DNA of 64,000 nucleotides from an uncultured Myxococcaceae bacterium (GTDB lineage Bacteria; Myxococcota; UBA727; JABDBI01): NCBI GenBank assembly GCA_964635635.1, contig CAZWPE010000001.1, positions 639,020 to 703,019 of the forward strand, read 5' to 3'. Shown piece by piece: positions 57,447 to 64,000 of this stretch (position 1 is its first letter; each line of letters starts with the position of its first letter). The notes under the pieces were generated by a model. It saw only the letters and a program-made list of their open reading frames with translations, ran no database searches and was not told where the DNA came from. The position numbers and the translations under genes were made by a program.

Positions 57447-58828
57447 ATAAAGAACTCCCTAAGCTCACCCAGCGATTTTCGAAAATCATCATCATGTGAA
57501 ATCACCAACAAAGCACCTGGGTACTCGCGAAGTACCCCAGTCACATGATTTCGTGTTTCCAAGTCAAGATTATTGGTAAGCTCATCCAAAATCAGTAATC
57601 TGGGTGTCTTCGCTGCAATTTGAGCCAAAGACAGCCTAGCTCTTTCTCCGCCTGATAATAGTCTCAATGGCAGATTGACCTCTTCGTTTTTTCGAAACAG
57701 AAAATCATTCAAAAAGCGTCTGATTTCAGCATGGGTCCATTGGGGTCTACAGGCCTGAATGTGTTCTAGGGCATTCCAGTCGGGCCTGAGATTTTGGTAA
57801 TGCTGGTCCAAATAGCCAATGGATTCACTCGGTAATGAACGCCAAACACCAGTACGCCGGACCTGAGAGCCTTGCAAAATCGCTCGAACAAACGTTGTTT
57901 TACCAGAACCGTTATCTCCCATAATAGCCACGCGCTCGGTGGCTTTCAGTTGAAAGTTGATGCTAGTCAAAATAGGTCTGTCATAACCACAGGCGCCATC
58001 CGATACAAAAATCACGGTTTCGCTTGGGTTGATATCGCCCGATTCAATCGAGAATTTGGGCACAATGCTTTCTGGAATCCTGAGCTCAGAAAGTTGTCCG
58101 ATTAAGTCTTCTCGTTCGTTTCGAAGTGCTTTTTTCTTGTTGCCAAAAGTTTCATTGGCTCTACTCACTTTTGCAGGGGATTTAACAGTCGGCCACTTGC
58201 GTTCTCGAATCGATTTTTCGCCTTTTTGACGACTTTTTTGAGCACGTTCTTGTTCTTTCATCAGGCGTTCATGTGTCTCACGTTTTTGCGCTTTGAGACC
58301 TGCAAGCTTGCTTTCAATCGTCTCTCGTTTAAGCCTGAGATTTTCCGTGAAGTCATCATAACTGTCAGAATAGATTTTTATGCGGCCAGTATCTAGATGC
58401 CACAATGTGTCTATGCAAGTTCGAAGCAATTCAGGGTCATGAGACACCACCAGCAGAGTTCCTTGAAAACCTCGAAGCATGCGCATCAAAGCTTTTCGAT
58501 TCTTGATATCCAAATGATTGGTGGGTTCATCTAAAAGCAAAATATTCGGTTGCTGGCTTAAAGCCTGACTCAGAGCACACTGAAAGCGCTGGCTGCCGCT
58601 TAAAGCGTCCAAATCTTCAATGATTTGAGGCACATGCCCCAAAACAATATCTGGGCGCCCAGCGCAAAACTCAGCTATCATGCGCAGCAAAGTGCTCTTG
58701 CCTGAACCATTGGGGCCAATGATACCAATACTCTGGCCAGGATATATCTGGGCGTTAAAGTCTTCAAAACAGGTTTTATGGGGAAAAGATAAGCTAATAT
58801 CTTCCAATAAAATGGGTCTATGCGTCAT
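57443..58828 (-). CDS. ABC-F type ATPase (two nucleotide-binding domains, no transmembrane domain); short for the family
   Basis: 461 aa. Walker A GPNGSGKST and GDNGSGKTT. Signatures LSGSQRF and LSGGERARL. Walker B LLLDEPTNHLD and LILDELTNNLD. Confidence 0.8.
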   Translation of the reverse strand: MTHRPILLEDISLSFPHKTCFEDFNAQIYPGQSIGIIGPNGSGKSTLLRMIAEFCAGRPDIVLGHVPQIIEDLDALSGSQRFQCALSQALSQQPNILLLDEPTNHLDIKNRKALMRMLRGFQGTLLVVSHDPELLRTCIDTLWHLDTGRIKIYSDSYDDFTENLRLKRETIESKLAGLKAQKRETHERLMKEQERAQKSRQKGEKSIRERKWPTVKSPAKVSRANETFGNKKKALRNEREDLIGQLSELRIPESIVPKFSIESGDINPSETVIFVSDGACGYDRPILTSINFQLKATERVAIMGDNGSGKTTFVRAILQGSQVRRTGVWRSLPSESIGYLDQHYQNLRPDWNALEHIQACRPQWTHAEIRRFLNDFLFRKNEEVNLPLRLLSGGERARLSLAQIAAKTPRLLILDELTNNLDLETRNHVTGVLREYPGALLVISHDDDFRKSLGELREFFI

Positions 58829-58982
58829 AAAGTGCTCTCTCGATGGGAAGGGGAAATGGGCTATCGAGAGCAGTGCTTCATGTTACGTATGACCTCCAGA
58901 AGAAGCTGAGAATCTAGCAAATTGGGGGCCTTGGGTCAATGAGTGTTGACGCTGGTGAATAATCAAACAAAGCTGGCGGCCT

Positions 58983-59705
58983 ATGAAGAACTACTTTTTG
59001 ATTCTATTCCTCCTATTTTCAGCTGCAGCATTCTCCGATGCTTTGCAGGATGGACAGAAACAGCTTCTGGATCAAAATGCCGCTATCTCGAAGCCCTATA
59101 TATTCGAGCTTGGCGGTGAATCATTCATCGGTTTGCCTAACGTCTTTTCACCAAAGGTCTTCTTTGCTGATGCTGCTATTTTAAAAGTTTTCCCATTCAA
59201 AACGATGAAGAGCTTTCTAGAAATTGGCACAGGGACTGGATATGTGGCTATTTTTGCTGCCATGGCCGGGGTTAAGAAAGTGGTTGCCACGGATTTAAAT
59301 CCTGATGCTGTGAAAAACACCAAAATCAATGCCTTGCTGCATGATGTTTCAGCCCGAGTCGATGTTCGATTAGGAGACCTGTTTCAGCCTATTCGAAAAG
59401 GCGAAAAATTTGATGTCATCTATTTTGACCTGCCATTCAACTCGACTGAACGCACTGAGTTGTCGAATCTAGAACGAGCTTTGTACGATACGAAGTCAGC
59501 GACTCTTGAGAAATTCTTGAAGCAGGGCCAGGGTTACCTGACAAAGAACGGTTTTGTTGTCTTTAATCGCTCTGAAGTCCTAAGCGACATGAAATTATTT
59601 TTTGCGTTGGTTAAAAAATACAACTGGAGGCTTGAAACCATCGGCGGACCTGTTGGGGATATCAAAATAACGACCTTTAGGCTTTCGCAAAGAATCGGAA
59701 CTTAG
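58983..59705 (+). CDS. Secreted class I SAM-dependent methyltransferase (HemK/MTS-like fold)
   Basis: 240 aa. Signal peptide MKNYFLILFLLFSAAAFSDA. SAM motif I LEIGTGTGYVAIFAA, post-I acidic VATDLNPDAV. DLPF in the position of the NPPY motif. Confidence 0.55.
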   Translation: MKNYFLILFLLFSAAAFSDALQDGQKQLLDQNAAISKPYIFELGGESFIGLPNVFSPKVFFADAAILKVFPFKTMKSFLEIGTGTGYVAIFAAMAGVKKVVATDLNPDAVKNTKINALLHDVSARVDVRLGDLFQPIRKGEKFDVIYFDLPFNSTERTELSNLERALYDTKSATLEKFLKQGQGYLTKNGFVVFNRSEVLSDMKLFFALVKKYNWRLETIGGPVGDIKITTFRLSQRIGT

Positions 59706-59719
59706 ATAAAAAGTATTTT

Positions 59720-60529
59720 ATGATGAAAATCCAACTTCTACTAATTACGGCTCTATTTGGACTCAATTTATTATCGTCAAATGGTCCATTTTCGGACCCA
59801 AGACACCACGATCAGTTCGTGAGCTATTTTAAAGCCCGTGGCGTTTTAGTTGAAAGCAAAATGCATGGCTACATACAAACGGATTTGTCTAATTTGGTCA
59901 GAGACTTAAATCTATTATTTAAAGAAAATCACGATGATATTATCAATGTTTACCTAGGATCCCATGTAACGGTTTTAGGAAGTTCCAAGAGGCATATGGA
60001 CCATATTGGAAGGGAACTATTTGGTCCCATCCAGATTTACCTGAATTGGCTCACCGAATTAGCCCCTAAACTTGGACTAAAATATTTAAGGCATCAGGTT
60101 TTTCCATCAACACAGGTCGTCAAAGTCTTACAAAGCCAAGACCCAAATGTAAGAGGAGTTACCATTGGTCGGATTTATTTTTCTGCCTTGGGACACTCCC
60201 AAATAGGTGCCCTCGAACTGTTTCAGGTAGCATTGTTAAATGGTGACCACCCACAAGATATTCGTCATACGTTTGAACGGGTCTATTCATCTGGTGATTC
60301 CAAGGTCGTCCCAATTGAACATGTTTCAATCGAGCTAAACAGCATTGAAGCGGTAAATGGTGTTCAAAAACATCTAAGCGAACGCGCTCAGCAAGATGCT
60401 TCTCTAAAACTCTACCAGGAGTCAGTATCCTATAACCCAGGCGATGGCAGTACCAATACAAAATTTATCATCGAAGGCGCAGGTAAGAAGAAGATTGTGG
60501 AATTGGTTCATTATGGAGACCTCAAATGA
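59720..60529 (+). CDS. Secreted hypothetical protein
   Basis: 269 aa. Signal peptide MMKIQLLLITALFGLNLLSS. 4-nt overlap with the downstream SDR gene. Confidence 0.4.
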   Translation: MMKIQLLLITALFGLNLLSSNGPFSDPRHHDQFVSYFKARGVLVESKMHGYIQTDLSNLVRDLNLLFKENHDDIINVYLGSHVTVLGSSKRHMDHIGRELFGPIQIYLNWLTELAPKLGLKYLRHQVFPSTQVVKVLQSQDPNVRGVTIGRIYFSALGHSQIGALELFQVALLNGDHPQDIRHTFERVYSSGDSKVVPIEHVSIELNSIEAVNGVQKHLSERAQQDASLKLYQESVSYNPGDGSTNTKFIIEGAGKKKIVELVHYGDLK

Positions 60530-61290
60530 CATCACCCAAAATACTTTTAGGCAAAAACGCCCTGGTCACTGGCAGCTCACGTGGCATCGGCCGTGATACG
60601 GCGTTAGCTCTTGCCCGTGAAGGCGCAAACGTGGTGATTCACGCCAACAAAGATAGATCCAATGCCATGGAAATGGTTGATGAAGTGAAAAAACTGGGTG
60701 TCGATAGCTTCTCAGTTATTGGCGATGTCGCATGCGAACAAGATGTTCAGCGGATTTTTTCTGAAATTAAAAATCGATGGCACACGCTTGATATTCTGGT
60801 AAACAACGCCGGAATCGTAGACGGTTCTCCCGCAGAGGAAATGCCGCTCGAGCAGTGGCGCCGCGTGATTGATGTGAATCTAACGGGGGTCTTTCTATGC
60901 GCCAGAGAAGCAGGCCGCATGATGATTGCTCAGAAGTCCGGTGGTTCAATCGTCAATATTTCTTCTATTTGCGGTCATGTGACGCTATCGCCACAAAATC
61001 AGTGCCACTATAACGCGTCTAAAGGCGGTGTTGGGATGTTGACCAAGTCTCTCGCGGTCGAGTGGGCGCGACATGGTATTCGTGTCAATACTGTCAGCCC
61101 AGGTTATATTTCAACCGATTTGGTAGCGAGAATGGATCACTTGCATCCACTTTGGCAGCAACGTATTGCCATGAGCAGGCTTGGGCAACCGGTTGAAATC
61201 GCTGAGATTGTGGCCTTCTTAGCAGGGCCTAAAGCAAGCTTTGTCACGGGAGCTGATTGGGTGGCCGATGGTGGTCATATTTGTTGGTGA
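60526..61290 (+). CDS. SDR-family oxidoreductase (FabG-like 3-oxoacyl-ACP reductase type)
   Basis: 254 aa. TGSSRGIGRDTALALAREGANVVI, NNAGI, YNASKGGV (YxxxK), PGYISTD. Confidence 0.85.
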   Translation: MTSPKILLGKNALVTGSSRGIGRDTALALAREGANVVIHANKDRSNAMEMVDEVKKLGVDSFSVIGDVACEQDVQRIFSEIKNRWHTLDILVNNAGIVDGSPAEEMPLEQWRRVIDVNLTGVFLCAREAGRMMIAQKSGGSIVNISSICGHVTLSPQNQCHYNASKGGVGMLTKSLAVEWARHGIRVNTVSPGYISTDLVARMDHLHPLWQQRIAMSRLGQPVEIAEIVAFLAGPKASFVTGADWVADGGHICW

Positions 61291-61450
61291 CAGGCGCGCC
61301 TGCCAATCAGCAGACTTGGATACTTTCACAATTCTGGAAATTGCCGTTTATAGTTCCTATAAGCAGTTCGTTTGGATGCCAATAAACCATCGTTTTTTCT
61401 CCTTGGAACGGACTTTGAGGTATGACCCTGGGTCAGGGTCAAGACCTATT

Positions 61451-62530
61451 TTATGGCCGCGTATACCAGATCCCCCTACCCTGACCATGACGCAACAGAT
61501 GTCCCTCTGACACCAGTTTACTTAAGTGAAATTTGAGGGTGCTTTTAGGCGCACTTATTTCACCTTCAATTTCAGCCATAGTCAGACGGGTTCGATCTTC
61601 CAAAAGTTGATAGATTTTCTCCGATAACATAGGCAGCGATGGCATATTTGGGCTAGATTTCAGCTTCGCTTCCAGATTTCGTTTTTGCTTTTGAACGCAT
61701 TGTAGGAAAAATCTCAACCAGGCATCATAAACTGGCGTATCTTCTTTCAACGTTCCCTGAGTTCTTCGAAGCGCTACATAATAACGGTCTTTATCAGCTT
61801 CAACGATGGACTCCATGGAAGCATAGGGCACATAAAGATAGCCCGCTCGAAGCAGTAGAAGAGTTGTTAGAATTCTGGACAAACGACCATTGCCATCTTG
61901 AAATGGATGAATCGCTAAGAAATGAACGATGAAAATCCCAATAACAACCAATGGATGCATGCTTTTGTCTTCTAAATGCTCCCTTGCCCATTGAACAAGC
62001 TCCTGCATCGCGCGAGGGGTTTCAAATGGAGTCTCCGTTGAAAATACAATTCCAATGCTTTTCCCGTCTGCATCAAATGCTTCTACGTGATTTGGGAACT
62101 TTTTATAATCACCCCGATGCCGTTGGTCCTTCGAGACATACTGAAGCAACCTTGAATGAAGCTGCCTGATATGATTTTCCGTTAGGCGAAGTTCTTCAAA
62201 AGAATCATAAACAAGATTCATGGCTTCCGCATAACCCGCAACCTCTTCCTCATCACGTGTCTTGAATGAATGAAGCTCAAGTCTATCTAATAAAACCTCT
62301 ACCTCTTTATTTGAAAGCTTAACCCCTTCTATGCGGGTAGAAGAACCGACACTTTCAATCGTGGCGATTTTCCGAAGTTTGTTTAATCTATCGCGAGGAA
62401 TGTTTTGTGAATTTCGAAATTCACCTTTAAATTCATCCACTTCGCTCATCATCTGCACCATTTCTGATGTCAGCCGTATTTCAACCGGCAATTGCGCCAT
62501 TTCTAAGACTCCTTGGCCGATATTGGCCAT
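61451..62530 (-). CDS. Fic-family protein (AMPylase/phosphocholine-transferase fold) with C-terminal winged-helix
   Basis: 359 aa. Canonical Fic motif HPFQDGNGRLSR. Confidence 0.85.
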   Translation of the reverse strand: MANIGQGVLEMAQLPVEIRLTSEMVQMMSEVDEFKGEFRNSQNIPRDRLNKLRKIATIESVGSSTRIEGVKLSNKEVEVLLDRLELHSFKTRDEEEVAGYAEAMNLVYDSFEELRLTENHIRQLHSRLLQYVSKDQRHRGDYKKFPNHVEAFDADGKSIGIVFSTETPFETPRAMQELVQWAREHLEDKSMHPLVVIGIFIVHFLAIHPFQDGNGRLSRILTTLLLLRAGYLYVPYASMESIVEADKDRYYVALRRTQGTLKEDTPVYDAWLRFFLQCVQKQKRNLEAKLKSSPNMPSLPMLSEKIYQLLEDRTRLTMAEIEGEISAPKSTLKFHLSKLVSEGHLLRHGQGRGIWYTRP

Positions 62531-62570
62531 TATTGTCTAATACTAGCCAATCTTGCCCAAAAAGTCCATC

Positions 62571-63086
62571 TTAAAGACTTTTTAACCACTTTTCCCACGC
62601 AGCATCAAAGACATCTGATGCTTCAAGGTTTGGCCAGTGTCCTGTTTCACCGCAGTTAACGATGCACATATTTTGAGGTTGAGAAAACTTGGGCCACAGC
62701 AACAATGGAACACTGTCATAGTCCAGCTCACCAGCGAGTAACAACACGGGTATGGAGATTTGATTCATGCCCTGTGTGATATCGTGCCCGGGCAAAACAG
62801 TGCCGAAAAAGTGACCCGCTATTCCATTATCGATCTCAATGCCTCTCCATAGGGCTTCCAAAAAATCTCTCGTCACGTTAAAATCTTTCCAGTAACGAGC
62901 AGCATCTGCTTCGAAAAGGCGTCTGGCTATCGTAAAAGTAGTGGTAGTGGTAACCCGACGCCTTGTCAAGGTATTGTACGCAGACCCTTGTTGTAAGCCC
63001 TGAAAAAGTGTCGGGTTACCACGACCATTTCTTGAGCACTTTGAATACGCGAATTCAGTTCTTTTTAAAACCAAACATCTTTGCAA
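62571..63086 (-). pseudogene. Remnant of an alpha/beta-hydrolase gene (only C-terminal ~110 aa recognisable). The 5' part is replaced or overrun by repeat sequence.
   Basis: C-terminal IPVLLLAGELDYDS...VNCGETGHWPNLE matches the alpha/beta-hydrolase tail (catalytic His region). The N-terminal 60 aa of the ORF translate repeat DNA (TTTTT run, hairpin), with no nucleophile elbow. Confidence 0.4.
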
Positions 63087-63146
63087 TCTGCCTGAAAGCC
63101 AGCATCACATCTATTCACCAGTGGTAATGCTAGCCCGACGCTTTTT
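63040..63146. repeat. Copy 2 of the ~100-bp intergenic repeat family, with an additional partial copy and 14-bp inverted repeat at 62938..63018
   Basis: gttctttttaaaaccaaacatctttgcaatctgcctgaaagccagcatcacatctattcaccagtggtaatgctagcccgacgctttttc aligns with 51201..51312. gtggtaacccgacgc ... gtgtcgggttaccac form a long hairpin just upstream. Confidence 0.5.
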
Positions 63147-63297
63147 CTTTTTTTTCTATGATTACGGTACTCATTTTGAAAAATCATAACATTGTTCCTG
63201 ACTAAAAAAATTGTTTTGCTCGCTCAACGTGCATCTGGATACGTGTTTTCCAGCAATGAGTTTACATTAGACCAATGTTGACATAGCTAGATTTTTT

Positions 63298-63768
63298 ATG
63301 AAACTACGAAGATTTGAACCTGAAGATATCAAGCAAATTGTCGCCCTTTTTTATGACACCGTTCACAGCGTCAATGCAGTTGATTACAACGAAGACCAGC
63401 GCCAGGCCTGGGCACCACAAGATACGAACAATGAACGGCGTGATCGGTTTTTAAAGAGCCTGCAAGAAAATATCGCTTATGTTGTCGATCTAGACGGCAA
63501 AATCATTGGCTTTGGGGATATGAGCAAAACCGGCTATCTAGACCGGCTGTTCACCCATAAAGACCATCAGCGTCAAGGCGTTGCAGCGCTTATCTATTTG
63601 CAGCTTGAACAAGATGCCCGGGATATGGGTTTGAAAGAGGTGACGTCTGAAGTCAGCATCACAGCAAAGCCTGCCGCTGAACGAGCCGGGTTTGAAGTGG
63701 TGAAGGCTCAAGATGTTGTTCGAAACGGTGTAACTTTGAGAAACTACGTGATGAGAAAGGCGCTTTAG
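63298..63768 (+). CDS. GNAT-family N-acetyltransferase
   Basis: 156 aa. Acetyl-CoA motif HQRQGVAAL (Q/RxxGxG/A). Confidence 0.75.
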   Translation: MKLRRFEPEDIKQIVALFYDTVHSVNAVDYNEDQRQAWAPQDTNNERRDRFLKSLQENIAYVVDLDGKIIGFGDMSKTGYLDRLFTHKDHQRQGVAALIYLQLEQDARDMGLKEVTSEVSITAKPAAERAGFEVVKAQDVVRNGVTLRNYVMRKAL

Positions 63769-64000
63769 ATCCAGCGTCGTACATGGTGCATATAGGTCAG
63801 ATATTCATCGCCGAACTTGGCCCGAAGATAGCGTTCTTCTCGGTGAATAACCAAAATGTTAATAACCGGAACGAACAATGCCATGGCCAGAAGCCCCCAA
63901 AATGTATTCATAATGCAGGCCAGCCCAATTCCTAGAATCACAAATGACAGGTAAATCGGGTTTCTTGAGAATCGATATGGCCCGCTCTGAATAATACTGG
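63765..64000 (-). CDS. Partial CDS (C-terminal part; continues past window end) of an isoprenylcysteine carboxyl methyltransferase / phospholipid methyltransferase (ICMT/PEMT) family membrane protein
   Basis: Hand translation gives ...GPYRFSRNPIYLSFVILGIGLACIM...VIHREERYLRAKFGDEYLTYMHHVRRWI*. This contains the family G.Y...RHP.Y motif and the C-terminal EE..L...FG.EY..Y motif. 4-nt convergent overlap with the GNAT stop. Confidence 0.65.
   Translation of the reverse strand, partial: SIIQSGPYRFSRNPIYLSFVILGIGLACIMNTFWGLLAMALFVPVINILVIHREERYLRAKFGDEYLTYMHHVRRWI

Noticed and set aside
61241-61510. 89-aa plus-strand ORF spanning the SDR / Fic convergent intergenic region
   Set aside because: Overlaps the ends of two well-supported genes on both sides, with no RBS or homology. 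Likely spurious.

Overview
This 64-kb window is bacterial chromosome from a diderm (bamA, tamB, blc, lipid/PG genes) that uses the mevalonate pathway. GC is roughly 47% by eye. Gene content is consistent with a Bdellovibrio-like or other non-enteric proteobacterial lineage, but the taxon cannot be fixed from sequence alone.

The housekeeping backbone is dense, with many 4-nt start/stop overlaps.
- **Mevalonate operon:** mvk and a class-II HMG-CoA reductase, co-oriented with an IMPDH-family gene that lacks the CBS insert, alr, and a Y1-transposase-like/DnaA-domain-IV fusion gene.
- **Ribosomal and lipid genes:** rpmF, rpsD, uppS-cdsA, aroE, blc.
- **Truncated dcw cluster:** murG-murC-murB-ftsQ-ftsA-ftsZ-pgpA.
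- **Others:** pdxA-bamA-tamB, dnaE, tRNA-Ser(UGA), a DEAD-box helicase, mgtE and a Lon-like protease.

Interleaved accessory and unusual content:
- **Eukaryote-like or effector-like proteins:** a large dual-specificity-phosphatase protein, an atypical Ser/Thr-kinase-like protein, patatin, Fic, a secreted caspase-like peptidase and a secreted methyltransferase.
- **Toxin-antitoxin:** a Phd/VapC pair.
- **Candidate nucleic-acid module:** a tight three-gene unit (AAA+/DUF4143 ATPase, FHA protein, DEDDh exonuclease) sitting behind a perfect 22-bp inverted repeat.
- **Two repeat families:** REP/RPE-like palindromic elements inserted in frame into cdsA and pdxA, and a ~100-bp upstream element with a tandem AAAAGGCG motif, found upstream of three genes (49304..51148, the DEAD-box helicase and the hydrolase fragment at 62571..63086) and again in the tRNA-Ser flank; two copies flank the secreted-protein genes that follow tRNA-Ser.

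All hand-read coordinates may be off by 1-2 nt.
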